From contig NC_068994.1 in the NCBI RefSeq assembly GCF_001194135.2, positions 4,217,553-4,281,552 of the forward strand: DNA of 64,000 nt, written 5' to 3'. The position numbers were made by a program, and so were the translations under genes. Positions 22,005 to 34,299 of this stretch are shown here, one piece after another. This stretch comes from Octopus bimaculoides. Its lineage: Eukaryota. Positions within the stretch are counted from its first letter, which is position 1. Every line of letters starts with the position of its first letter. The notes beneath the pieces were generated by a model. The model saw only the letters and a program-made list of their open reading frames with translations. It was not told where the DNA came from and searched no databases.

Positions 22005-22180
22005 GTATCATCATCATCGTTTAACGTCTGCTTTCCATGCTGGCATGGGTTGGACGGTTTGACTGGGGACTAGTGAGCCAGATGGCTGCACCAGGCTCCA
22101 ATCTGATCTGGCCGTGCAGTGGGTGCTTTTACGTGCCACCAGCACGAGGGCCAGTCAGGCAGTACTGGCAACGGCCACTC
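22005..22180 (-). mobile_element. SINE family C copy
   Basis: (CAT)n CGTTTAACGTCTGCTTTCCATGCTGGCATGGGTTGGACGG. Confidence 0.85.
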
Positions 22181-22263
22181 TCAAATGGCCACTTCTTTGG
22201 CCGGGTTTGAAGAAATGCCAATATTGCTTAGTGGCAATATTGACATGGAACTAATGGTAACAT

Positions 22264-22298
<35 letters not shown>

Positions 22299-22689
22299 GT
22301 ATGTTAGCCAACTGATTCAACAACAGGCTTATGTAGTGTACCAAATGGATTTGTAATAAATCTGAAAGATCTTACATCAGTAACACCCTTTATAAACTGT
22401 ACATCCACATTAACCCTTCAGAATTTAAACTGGTCATTTCTGGCCAAAATATTCTACATATTTTATGTCCAAATTGGCCAGATCCAACCTCGCCCATCAA
22501 TCCTACAACGTCATTCCAAAAATAAACAGTTGCATTATCAAAATGATAAAAATACGAGATAATGAAGTCGAAAAGTTCTGGGAGTTCCTCTGTCCTGACA
22601 GCTTTAGAAGTCTGTGGGAATTCTTCAACACTTGCAAATGCCTAATTCCATGTTTAAGCTGTAATTAATAGTGTTAAGTATTGTACATA

Positions 22690-23005
22690 AAAAACACCAT
22701 TTTGAGCATGGCCATTGCCAGTACCGTCAGACTGGCCCTTGTGCAGGTAGCACATAAAAATACCTTTTGAGCATAGTCGTTGCCAGTACCACCTGACTGG
22801 CCCTTATGCCGGGGGCATGTAAAAGCACCGACTACACTCGCGGAGTGGTTGGCATTAGGAAGGGCATCCAGCTGTAGAAACATTGAAAGATCAGATTGGA
22901 GCCTGGTGCAGCCTTCTGGCTTGCTAGTCCTCAGTCAAATCGTCCAACCCATGCTAGCATGGAAAGTGGATGGTAAACGACGACAATGATGATGATGATG
23001 ATGAT
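22690..23005 (+). mobile_element. SINE family C copy ending in a (GAT)n tail
   Basis: GTGGTTGGCATTAGGAAGGGCATCCAGCTGTAGAAAC...CCCATGCTAGCATGGAAAG...GATGATGATG. Confidence 0.88.
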
Positions 23006-23049
23006 CGTCTTTCTTCTCACCTTGTAGGGTTTTTTTTTTATGTGTTGGT

Positions 23050-23460
23050 TATGTTGGTGAGAACTATGTCTTCAGCAAATTCAGCATCTGATATCTTTTT
23101 AGCCTTGTCCCTCCTGCCCTGAGCCAGCGCTACAGTAAAGCCAGAGTCCTGGTGTTTCTCCAGTGCAAGGCGCATACAATGGTCCACCACAATGATACAA
23201 AAGTAAGGAGCCAATGTATCTCCTTATCTAGTTAGTTCTCTCTATATAAGGCATATCAAGTTGCAACACGAGCTCGCCAATCAGCTGTTTTCTAGCAAAA
23301 AAAACTTCCTGTACTTTTCAGCTAAGGCAGAGAATGGTTAACTGTTGGCTTTGTCTATCTTGTATTTTACCTATGATGTGGTGAAGGCCATGGCTGGCAC
23401 AGCTTTATTTCAGCAATATCATTTTATTGCAGTGATTCCACAATTCTAATTTGAGTCATC
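23050..23460 (-). mobile_element. RTE/RTE-X-type reverse transcriptase relic
   Basis: In-frame GDTLAPYFCIIVVDHCMRLALE...KKISDAEFAEDIVL, matching the QGDTLAPYLF and FADD RT motifs; stops upstream. Confidence 0.75.
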
Positions 23461-24339
23461 ACAATTTTTGACAAAATAACACACACACACACAGAGAAAC
23501 GCATACACACACACACACGTATTCTATGTGGCTGTCTCTGAGCCCTCCATAGCAGTTCTATAGAACTATCATGTTACATTTCTCCAATTATCATTATCAA
23601 TATATTGTTCTCACCATCTTAAATGGCTCTCTTTCTAAGAAAGACAATTTAATTTTGAGCACGACGCATTCAATTATGCTACAAATTTGATAAAACTATT
23701 AAGACTATCACACAAGACATATTGTTTATGCTGGCCATTTCTCCTTTTAAATTGGTAACTGAGGGAGACAAACACTTCTAAACACTTGCTAACAATTAAA
23801 GAACCAATATGTCACGATTATTCACTTATTATCAATGAATTGCTCACACTCTCTTCAATAATTCTATGTTTCTAAGAAGGACAATTTAATTAGAAATATG
23901 AGCCGTTTAATTATATTACTTCACACACAACACATCAACAATTAGTCGTTGCTGGCCAATGACTCCACCTCCCCATCCCTCCCACCATATTGACAACCTT
24001 GATTGAACTGCCATTAGCTTACAGTCTCTTGCCCTATTATCTCCTTTGTAGACAGAGACAGACCATTCATCCTCTTCACGCCCCCTGGACTATGCTAAAA
24101 CGGAAGATGTAAATATCGACAACACAGGTAAGATTCTTGTGTTCTCCCTCAGGGGACTAACAACCTAATGCAGTGTTTCTCGACCAATTTTTACCTATGG
24201 ACGCTTTTCCTTTCTATTCCAATCTATGGGGCCCTCGTAACTATTCAATGTTTAAAAAATCCATCGACCTCTATGGGAGTACGACTGATGTGTTACTGAC
24301 ATGTAACATGGGAGAGCTGGAGGTGTGACTGATATGTAA

Positions 24340-24539
24340 CAGGAGACATCACGAGGTGTAATATTGGGTAGCTGGATTACATCGACCCCAGTGCGTAACT
24401 GGTACTAATTTAATCGACCCTGAAAGGATGAAAGGCAAAGTCAACCTTGGTGGTATTTGAACTCAGAACATAGCGGCAGACGAAATACTGCTAAGCATTT
24501 CGTCCGGTGTGCTAACAATACTACCAGCTCACCACCTTC

Positions 24540-24574
<35 letters not shown>

Positions 24575-24945
24575 TGATGATGATGATGATGATTTCAAAA
24601 TTTTGGTGTAAGGCCAGCAATTTTAAGGAAGAGGGTAAACTAATTATAACAACCCCAGTGATCAACTGGTACTTAATTCATTGGCACCTAAAAGGATGAA
24701 AGGCAAAGTCTACTTTGGCAGAATTTGATTCCAGAATGTAAAGAGGAAGAAATGCCACCAAGCATTCTGTTGAATGTGCCAACAAATCTACCAGCTTACT
24801 AATGATAATAATAATAATAATTCTTTCTACTACAGGCATAAGGCTTGATATTGTTACGGAGGGCACTAGCTGATTACACTGATCCCAGTGTTTCACTGGT
24901 ACTTAATTTATTGACCCCGAAAGATTGAAAAGCAAAGTTGACCTC
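24340..24945 (-). mobile_element. Three tandem SINE family B fragments separated by (ATA)n/(ATG)n tails
   Basis: Repeated CTGGTACTTAATT..GACCC..AAGGATGAAAGGCAAAGTC..TTTGAACTCAGAA module. Confidence 0.8.
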
Positions 24946-24949
24946 CTGC

Positions 24950-25235
24950 GTGACACCTTGGTCTTGTACTATAGCCTTGGGAGTGGATCTGGTAGATGGA
25001 AACTCAAAGAAGCCCGTCGCATATATATATATGTGTGTGTATGTTTGTCCCCCCACCATCACTTGACAATTGATACTGGTGTATTTACATACCTGTAACT
25101 TAGCGGTTCAGCAAAGAGAACGACAGAATAAGTACTAGGCTTACAAAGAATAAGTCCTGGGGTTGATTTGCATGACTAAAGGCGGTGCTCCAGCATGGCC
25201 ACAGTCAAAATGACCAAAACAAATAAAAGAAAAAA
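24950..25235 (+). mobile_element. SINE family A, 5'-truncated copy
   Basis: GAGTGGATCTGGTAGATGGAAACTCAAAGAAGCCCGTCG (TA/TG)n ... GGCGGTGCTCCAGCATGGCCACAGTC. Confidence 0.85.
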
Positions 25236-25473
25236 AAAATACCAGTTTCTTTTGGTGTATTTTATTTAATTGCTAAAATGACTCTTTTATGATGTAATTA
25301 TTTCATTTTTTAATGCACAATCTCAGATCAAGTCACTTACCAAAACAAATATATATATAAAAGGGGGGCGAGGGCAAAATAATTTTAACAATGAGAACTG
25401 AGAACTCAAAAGAGAACTCAAGAGAGAAATGTATAATGTTTTTATTCAGTTGCTGGATTATTCTCTAGTCACA

Positions 25474-25513
25474 TTACAACTAATAGTTTCACCCTGATCT
25501 CTTCATCAGGTAA
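25474..25513 (-). ncRNA. Minimal type I hammerhead-ribozyme-like motif
   Basis: Minus strand TTAC-CTGATGA-AGAGATCAGGGT-GAAAC-TATTA-GTT-GTAA: both conserved core boxes, a 4-bp stem I (TTAC/GTAA), palindromic stem III (AACTA-T-TAGTT) and a GUU cleavage triplet. Stem II is poorly paired. Confidence 0.45.
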
Positions 25514-25872
25514 ATCGTTCTAAACCATTTTTATGGTTTGGTCATAATAAAGTAGAAAGGTGGATTAGAATAGATTGTGGTGAAACTATTAGTTGTAATA
25601 AGAACTGGTTACCAGTTCAAATACGCCTGGGGGACTATTTGAACCCCCTAAGATAGCCATTCACTGCATTTTGTTATGGAGAAAATTTCTTGCTGGAGAT
25701 GAATAGGCATAAATACATGGGTGGGGGTGGGGGGTCCAGCTTGCAGCATCCCCTGACCAGACTGTTGGATGCATGCATTTTAGAGTGGTTGTAATGTGAC
25801 TGAAAGATAATCGAGTCTTGTGAACAAAACGTGTGTGTGTGTGTGAAAGTGTAGCTGTTCTCTTTATTGTTT

Positions 25873-27090
25873 TCACATCAATGATTGGATGTTATTGTCA
25901 GAGGATCCTTGATTGTCACCTTTTCTCTGACCAACTGTGTAGGAGGGAATGGTCAAGGTACTGGGGCAGCCATTCCATGTCCACGAAGACGCTGGGGAAG
26001 TGTTCCGTTTCCAGTCGTAGTGAGCTTGTGAGGGCATCTGCTGCTGCTGCTGTTGCTGTTGTTGTTGTGGAGGCTGTTGGTGTGCAGCTGAAGCTATAGA
26101 AGCCGTGGTGGTTGTGGACCTCTGTGGCTGTGAGACACTTTTCTGATGGGAACACAGGGATGATGCAATGTTGTCGAGGTTCAGGGTTGAGAGAACCGGC
26201 TGTTTTAGAAGAGTCGTCGTCTTGGATGTTGAAGTGGCTGATGCTGGTTGGTGAGAAGACGAAGACACTGATGCAGCTTGATAAGAATGATGTTGTGCTG
26301 AGCTGACACCTGCAGCATTCATTAAAACAGGAGTGTTCAAACCACTAATTGGAATCGTTTTACATAGTTCGTCAGCAGAAACCGGGGTCAAATGGTGTGA
26401 AATGTCATGTCTGTCTCCATGGAGAAATTCCTTTTTTAAAAGATTGCCACACTTTGCATTCGAGAGTACCGAAGTCATATTGGTTTTGTCGTGAGGATGA
26501 ATAGTTTGAGAGCAACTGTAATGGTTGGTATGAGTGCGTTCATGCTTGTTTAGGTGGTCTTTCCGAGAGAAAGCTTTCGTACAAATCTGACAACAAAATG
26601 GCTTCTCCCCAGAATGGGTTCGTTGATGGATTTTCAGTTTGTCATTTCGAGAAAAAGCTTTTGGGCAAATATGGCAGACAAATGGTTTTTCTCCTGAATG
26701 AGTTCTGGCATGGTTTTTTAGCTTGTCTTTACGAGCAAAAGCCATAGGGCAGATATCACATGCAAACGGGCGTTCTCCTGTGTGTGTCCTTTCATGGATC
26801 TTTAGTTTGTCCCTTTCTGGGAACGCTTTACAGCAGAAGACACAGATGAAATGCTTCCCTAATTCGGGAGCCAATTCGTGTTTCTTCAGATATGCACGGA
26901 GGGTAAACCGCTTACGGCAGACATTACATTTGTAGGGTTTCTTGTCGATGTACGACTGCCGGTAGCTGACGTAGGTGTATGGGGTGGACAAGGGTGGTGT
27001 TGATGGGCTCGGGGTTGTGAATGGACCAAAGCCATAGGAGTGATTGCTTCCGACAACGGGTGAGAATTGAACCTCTTGGTTTGCATACAT
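25873..27090 (-). CDS. C2H2 zinc-finger protein ZNF-C (405 aa; 1 degenerate plus 4 canonical fingers; Ser/Thr/Gln-rich tail with poly-Gln)
   Basis: ATG-TGA ORF. CNVCRKRFTLRAYLKKHELAP lacks the 2nd His; four canonical fingers follow with TGERP/SGEKP linkers. Confidence 0.93.
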   Translation of the reverse strand: MYANQEVQFSPVVGSNHSYGFGPFTTPSPSTPPLSTPYTYVSYRQSYIDKKPYKCNVCRKRFTLRAYLKKHELAPELGKHFICVFCCKAFPERDKLKIHERTHTGERPFACDICPMAFARKDKLKNHARTHSGEKPFVCHICPKAFSRNDKLKIHQRTHSGEKPFCCQICTKAFSRKDHLNKHERTHTNHYSCSQTIHPHDKTNMTSVLSNAKCGNLLKKEFLHGDRHDISHHLTPVSADELCKTIPISGLNTPVLMNAAGVSSAQHHSYQAASVSSSSHQPASATSTSKTTTLLKQPVLSTLNLDNIASSLCSHQKSVSQPQRSTTTTASIASAAHQQPPQQQQQQQQQQMPSQAHYDWKRNTSPASSWTWNGCPSTLTIPSYTVGQRKGDNQGSSDNNIQSLM

Positions 27091-28503
27091 GCTGAGTGTT
27101 CTGTTTATGAGTCTGAGGCGTAATTGCTACGAACGTATGCTGACAATGATCTTGATGACGATATTGATAACACTGATGATAATGATGATGTGACGATGAC
27201 TATGAGTCTGGTGAGGGACTTACATATAAAGTTACCAAAATATAACGTAATTAAATAGACATCTTAACATACATAGAGTGACTATATTTCATCAACAACT
27301 ACATGTGACTGTATATGGTTATAATATATATATATATAATTGTATAGAGTTATATATTTACTACACTATGACTCGAAATAGAGGAGTATTAGACTAGAAA
27401 CATTCACAGTTTCAGTTTAATCACAGCCTAGACAGACCTTATAACTGTCTATGGTCTACGGAGAAGGAACTATGTATAAACCATACCAGTTATATACTGG
27501 GGTGACAGACGCGAATGACAGTTATTCAAGTAGACAGGAGCAGTATACTTTCATGAAGACCAACTCTTGAACAATTTTGTGGATGAGGTTTAATTAGGGG
27601 CTGATCAATTGCAGTCAGCCCAAACATAAACACAGAGAAAGGGCACTGACTGCAGACCATGGTGAGGGAAGGGGCCAACTAAAAGATGGGTAAGCGGTAG
27701 GGTTAATGCAGGATTAAAAGATATGGAGATTAGTCCATTTAGGGAACACACAAAATAGGGGTTCCACAGAGTAGCTAACCCCTAAACTATTCCTTACATA
27801 TACAATCATCTTTATGCCCTTAACAAAAGTCTGTAAGTAATCACTTGACTTGCGAAAAGTAACAGCCAGTTATCCCTTAAACCACAGCCTACTGTCTTAA
27901 ATAAGGAAAGGAAGCATTAAAAAATGTGGTCCTAGACATCCCCTAAAAAGACAGGATGGTCATGGCTGGAGTACTTTTGATCATAGGTCTGCTTGTTAGG
28001 CAACAACTCTTAACAGAGTGATTATACAGGAGAGAAGGAGTGATCAAATTATACGAAAGGGGTCAGTTTTATTTTGGAATGGCAAAAAGTGTTATCTTGT
28101 GAAATAGCAGGGGTCAAAATGTTTTTTCTCCTTTATTAAAGCATGCTAGTTATAGACCCTTGTCAAATATCCCCACTAAAATGGTAGCGTATATATTCTT
28201 ATATTTCTGTATATAGTTCACAGATGAGAACCAGATATTTCTGTACATAACATAAAAATCATAGCATATATATTAGTGTATATATATGTATTAGTTGGGG
28301 AGGGTCATTTCTGGATGCTAGCACAATGTAATCAGTGGAATGTAATATCAGCACAAAATAATAATTGGAGTTTATCCCATTTCCCGTAGAGGATCAGGAA
28401 CCGTCATGGGAAATATATAAACAGACAGCAGGTCTTGTTCTTTTGTTGCACTGGATGGTCAGCAATGGATTCTCTCGGAGTGTATACAAGTTGATCCAAT
28501 ATC

Positions 28504-28530
28504 CTGAAAGGAGAAAATGATAACATTATT
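28504..28530 (-). other. Candidate 3' splice acceptor upstream of ZNF-C (exon from 28503)
   Basis: Minus strand reads TGTTATCATTTTCTCCTTTCAG|GAT. Confidence 0.45.
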
Positions 28531-28584
28531 AACGATGATGATAACTAAAATAATGATTGATTTTAATTTAGAGATAAGATTAAG

Positions 28585-28833
28585 GCAGTGAGCCGGCAGA
28601 GCCATAACTGTCCAGGGAGAAACGCTATGTCGTATTTCTCCAAACTCGATGTTCTGAGTTCAAATGCCACTGGCAATGATTTTTGACCCCCAGTACTCTA
28701 CTGGTACAGATTTCATCAACCCTGAAAGGATGAAAGGCTAAGTTGACCCAGATGGAATTTCTTCATAAAAACGGATGAAATGTCACTAAGCATCTTCTCT
28801 GGCAAGGCTAACAATTCTGCCATCTCATCGTCT

Positions 28834-28893
<60 letters not shown>

Positions 28894-28895
28894 TC
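28585..28895 (+). mobile_element. SINE family B copy with long (ATA)n tract
   Basis: GGCAGTGAGCCGGCAGAG...TTCTGAGTTCAAAT...; a module in the opposite orientation follows, then (ATA)n at ~28835-28892. Confidence 0.65.
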
Positions 28896-29932
28896 GTTCT
28901 TTTTATTGGCCACAAGGGCTAATATCAATTAAAAACATATAAGGACAAAGACAGGACGAAGGTTACAAAAGGTTTTGTCCGAAAAGGTAGGAAAGTTCGT
29001 CTAAACAGAGGAAGAAAACGGAGAAAGATATAATAAATAAATAGATAAATAAATAAGTAGAACTCCCAAAGGGGGAGCGCTTCGAAAAAGGAAAGGTTAC
29101 ACGTGGAAAAAACGATAATAATAATTCTTTCAACCGTTACGGGAATTGTGGAAATGAAGGCAGGAATTCTTTTCTCAGAATTTTACGAACTTCGAAGATG
29201 TATTCGTGTGAAATTTCGCAAAAGATATGCTTTTTCAGAAAGTCGGGAGGAAACATAGTCAGGAGGCACCAAACTATACTTATACCAAAATTCTAATTAA
29301 TTTAAACTAAAAGCAAACGAGAAGGAAAATTATTAACGATGTATTCTGGTTAAAACAGGTAAGGGAGACAACTAAAAAAATTACAAACAAACATTGTAAG
29401 TAAAATAACTTCGATGTTAGCGGCGGCTTGAAATAAGAATTTCTATACAGTAAGTTGTAAAAGAAAGAAAGAGAGAGAGAGAGAGAAAGAGAAAGACAGA
29501 GACAGGGAGGGAGAGACAGAGAGAGTTGTTGGTGGGAGATATGAAATTTATTTACGTAGATTTTTAATAAAAAAAACTTTACCGTGAAACAATATAATAA
29601 ATTAAAACTACGAAAGTTAAAAATAAAACCAGTGAATGAGTTACAGAAGCAAAATTGGAGATGAAAAACAGCTGTAAACATCAAGCAGAGATGTGTGGTT
29701 TACAGTATGTCGGGGAATAAATATCTTATTTCTTCCCCGACATACTCTGATTGGGTCGGCCTGTCATCGAAGGTATTATAATACCTGTCTCGTGTGTATA
29801 TAAGAACTACATTGTCCAATATGTCTTTCTTTTATTAAGACAGTAGAATGGGATTCGATGTAGATACGACTGCTATTTCTAACAAGACTATGGTCTACGC
29901 GCAGCCATTTAAAATTGTATGCCTAATAAAAC

Positions 29933-29934
<2 letters not shown>

Positions 29935-29991
<57 letters not shown>

Positions 29992-30047
29992 AGAAAAACA
30001 GACGACAGACAAAAAGGCAGACGACAGATAGACAGACAGACAGATAG

Positions 30048-30078
<31 letters not shown>

Positions 30079-30082
30079 GATA
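29935..30082. repeat. Compound microsatellite (TA)n(GA)n(GACA/GATA)n
   Basis: Read directly; similar (TA)n blocks at e.g. 45870-45960, 52700-53190 and 58710-58800. Confidence 0.95.
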
Positions 30083-30919
30083 AGGAATGGAAGTGGTACA
30101 TTAAAAAAAAATTTATTCGCATATTTGTAAATTTAGTCGCTAAACCATGAGTTGTATGGTGACCGTCTGTTTATCGAAATTCCTTTAATTTCGATATGGG
30201 ACGAAGTAACGTGCGATGTTAATAAACTCGTTTTANNNNNNNNNNNNNNNNNNNNNNNNNNNNNNNNNNNNNNNNNNNNNNNNNNNNNNNNNNNNNNNNN
30301 NNNNNNNNNNNNNNNNNNNNNNNNNNNNNNNNNNNNNNNNNNNNNNNNNNNNNNNNNNNNNNNNNNNNNNNNNNNNNNNNNNNNNNNNNNNNNNNNNNNN
30401 NNNNNNNNNNNNNNNNNNNNNNNNNNNNNNNNNNNNNNNNNNNNNNNNNNNNNNNNNNNNNNNNNNNNNNNNNNNNNNNNNNNNNNNNNNNNNNNNNNNN
30501 NNNNNNNNNNNNNNNNNNNNNNNNNNNNNNNNNNNNNNNNNNNNNNNNNNNNNNNNNNNNNNNNNNNNNNNNNNNNNNNNNNNNNNNNNNNNNNATATAT
30601 ATATATATAAATGTGTGTGAGCGTGTGTGTAGACGCATGTAAGTACGAGCTTAAACAAAGTACACGTGACATTTGACCCCAGCATGGATTTATGCAGCAT
30701 TGCTCACATAACCTACTGACCTTTCCACGGCCCATACAGGCTTTAAACAGAATGTATACATACATTTTATTTATCTATCTATCTATCTAACAAATGGTTG
30801 TGCTGTTCACTATATTTTTCTGTTTGTGACGGACTTCATAACTACTGGCAGCATACGAGAAATATACACACATTTGAAGAATAATCTAATATACGCGCTT
30901 ATGTATATATTTTTTTGCT

Positions 30920-31225
30920 TTAAACTGCGGCCATACTGGGGCACAGCTTGAAGAATATTTAGCCCATATTTTTTTTTAAAGCCTCGCACTTATTCTATCG
31001 GTCGGCTGCTAAGTTATGGGTACGTAAGCACAGCAACACCGGCTGAGAAGCAATGGTGGGGGGACAAACAAGCTTCTTTCGGTTTCCGTCTCCCAAATCC
31101 ACTTAGAAGGCTTTGGTCAGTCTGAGATTATTAGTAGAGGACGCTGGCCCAAGGTACCACGCAATCGATTGAACCCAGAGCCGTGTCGTTGGGAAGCGAG
31201 ATTCTTACGATACAGCCACGCCTGA
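30920..31225 (-). mobile_element. SINE family A copy including tRNA-like head
   Basis: CTGCGGCCATACTGGGGCAC...TTCGGTTTCCGTCTCCCAAATCCAC...CCCAAGGTACCACGC...ACAGCCACGCC. Confidence 0.82.
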
Positions 31226-31298
31226 GAATAAAAGCGGTCAGCAAGCTGCTGCAGAGAATCGGACCCCTCAGCCTCTCAAATTCCGACTGAGCGATCCC

Positions 31299-31368
<70 letters not shown>

Positions 31369-32419
31369 ACATGTGTACGTATGTGTATCTGATTATTAGA
31401 AATGATATATAAATTAGTAATAAGCTAGCCACCCTTAAGACATCGTTTCACTTGTCCCACCCGTAATTAAACATCCTGGCACATTTATCTCTGTATATCA
31501 TGTGTGTGCGTGTGTATATATATTCTTGTACTCTTTTATTCATTTCAGCCATGCGGCTGCGATCATGCTGGAGCACCACCATATATATATATNNNNNNNN
31601 NNNNNNNNNNNNNNNNNNNNNNNNNNNNNNNNNNNNNNNNNNNNNNNNNNNNNNNNNNNNNNNNNNNNNNNNNNNNNNNNNNNNNNNNNNNNNNNNNNNN
31701 NNNNNNNNNNNNNNNNNNNNNNNNNNNNNNNNNNNNNNNNNNNNNNNNNNNNNNNNNNNNNNNNNNNNNNNNNNNNNNNNNNNNNNNNNNNNNNNNNNNN
31801 NNNNNNNNNNNNNNNNNNNNNNNNNNNNNNNNNNNNNNNNNNNNNNNNNNNNNNNNNNNNNNNNNNNNNNNNNNNNNNNNNNNNNNNNNNNNNNNNNNNN
31901 NNNNNNNNNNNNNNNNNNNNNNNNNNNNNNNNNNNNNNNNNNNNNNNNNNNNNNNNNNNNNNNNNNNNNNNNNNNNNNNNNNNNNNNNNNNNNNNNNNNN
32001 NNNNNNNNNNNNNNNNNNNNNNNNNNNNNNNNNNNNNNNNNNNNNNNNNNNNNNNNNNNNNNNNNNNNNNNNNNNNNNNNNNNNNNNNNNNNNNNNNNNN
32101 NNNNNNNNNNNNNNNNNNNNNNNNNNNNNNNNNNNNNNNNNNNNNNNNNNNNNNNNNNNNNNACCCCCATTCTTAAACACGTTCAACAGCCGCAGCCACC
32201 GCCGTGGCTGCCATGGTAAACCACTTCACACCACCACCACCACCACCACCGCCGCCGCCACAATCGTATTAAACCAGTTCATACACCCCGCACTAAACTA
32301 TATAATACCTCCACCATCGACACCACATTAAACTGGTATACCCACCGCCATCTCCTCAACCACCACGGTTAAACCACTATACTTCCCCACAGGCCCTGTT
32401 CTCCGTCGCTAACGACGAC

Positions 32420-32694
32420 GAGTATTCCAGTTGATTTGATCAATAGAACAACCTGCTCGTGAAATTAACGTGCAAGTGGCTGAGTACTCCACAGACACAC
32501 GTACCCTTAATGTGGTTCTCACGGAGATTCACCGTGACAAGGCTGGCCTCTTGAGTTACAGGTCCTACTCATTTCTACAGATGAGTGAACTGGAGCAACG
32601 TGAAATAAAGTGTCTTGCTCAAAGACACAATGCGCCGCCCAGAATCGAACTCATGACCTCACAATTGTGAGCCGATTACCCCTAACCACTGAGC
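32420..32694 (-). mobile_element. SINE family G (tRNA-derived head)
   Basis: Minus strand GCTCAGTGGTTAGGGG (A box)...GAGTTCGATTC (B box)...TGTGTCTTTGAGCAAGACAC; related fragments at ~38340-38490, ~39230-39352 and ~57820-57950. Confidence 0.8.
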
Positions 32695-32704
32695 TCTTAG
32701 ATTC

Positions 32705-33040
32705 CCTACCAAGTTAAATCGGAACACCACGTGAAACCATTGGGTAAGCGTCTTCTACTTACGGCTCCAGGCCAATCAATGATTTGGGAGTGAATTTGGT
32801 ACATAGAAACTGTGTGGAAGCCCCTGTTTGTGTGTGTGTGCGTGTGTCTTTTCATTTGTGCATCTCCCATCACTACTTTACATTCAGTGTTGGTTTGTTT
32901 ACATCCCATGTAACATAGCAGCGCAGCAAAAGAAATCGACAGAATGAATAATTGACTTAAAAGTAAGTGCTGATTAAAAGCTTAAAACTGGTGCCCCAGC
33001 ATGGCCACAGTCTAATTAATGACTGAAATAATTTAAGGAC
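32705..33040 (+). mobile_element. SINE family A, diverged copy
   Basis: GATTTGGGAGTGAATTTGGTACATAGAAACTG...GGTGCCCCAGCATGGCCACAGTC. Confidence 0.65.
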
Positions 33041-34185
33041 AAAAGTTTGGTTGATTCTTCCTGTTTGAGCATATCCTGGCCTTATTAAGAAAATGTGACT
33101 TGACAGGACCGGAGGTTGGGTGGGTGGGAGTCTGTTGCCAAATAATGCAAGAATCCCTCTCGGTGGGGGGGGCATCAGAAAGGCCCCCACCTCAGAGGAA
33201 ACTGACTGAAGCAGCAAGGTGTAGGAGGAAATGGTTCCAGTTACATGACACCCTGTGGTACTTACAGCTAGGTGGTCTGAACTGGAAGGAAGGAAGGAAG
33301 TGTCTTGGTCATCTGGTCATCTTGACCATGGTCATTGCTGCAATGGTGGCAAAACACAAACTGCTGTGGCCACCGCCCATGATACTCCATCCCCACCCCC
33401 ACTGCAATTGATTGTCCACTTCTCCCTCTCTCTCTCTCTTTACTGTCAGTTTGACCATCTGCCACTCTCAGTCACCTCATCTTCTACAATTAATGGATGG
33501 ACACTTCCTCATCATCAATTGAACCACCACCACTAACGCCACCGCCGCCACAAGCACTACCACACCTACACACCAGCCCTATTGCCAGCACCACTTCAAC
33601 CATGAGAACTGCCAGCTCCACCACTTCTGTGACTACCACTTTAACCACCACCACCACCATTTTCTCACCTCCTTTGGCCATCATTGCTATGACCACCACT
33701 TCAACCCTCATCACCAGCAGCCACCCCTTCCTTCACCACCAACTTAAATGACCAGTACTTGGCTCAAGATTCATGGCTGTCTTGTTTAACCCTGGGTTGA
33801 TAATACTGATCCCCGGATGGTATCATCAGTCAGGCCATCAACCCCTTTTTATGGCTATGTCTACCACTACGTTATCAAATTTGTACCATCTTTGACATAG
33901 TAAGATGCGATTAGAGGTAGATTTAGTTGTTATTTCTAGCAGATCAGATGATCATATAGAAATCCCTTCATTGGCCTGTTCTCTGGTTTTAAATTGAGGA
34001 GGGATAGATTTCTCCTGGATAAGAAACTGGTCTAATCAAGGTAACACTTCTTACTGTGTATTTGATCAATCTGAGCTAACATTCACCATCATCATCATCA
34101 TCATTCACTGTCCCCTTTTCTAGCAGTAAGGGTCTCTACAGGCCATATGCCACATGTAGGGTAATCGCTTCATCTGTCTGTCTGC

Positions 34186-34237
<52 letters not shown>

Positions 34238-34299
34238 CAGCAACATTTGTCCTAAACCAGGACTGCCATGTTATGTTGGCAAATAATCTTTACTCCAAA

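Noticed and set aside
30133-32331. Long ORFs containing X runs (also near 19k, 37k, 51-53k, 55.6-56.3k, 59-61.6k)
   Set aside because: Artefacts of reading through N gaps.
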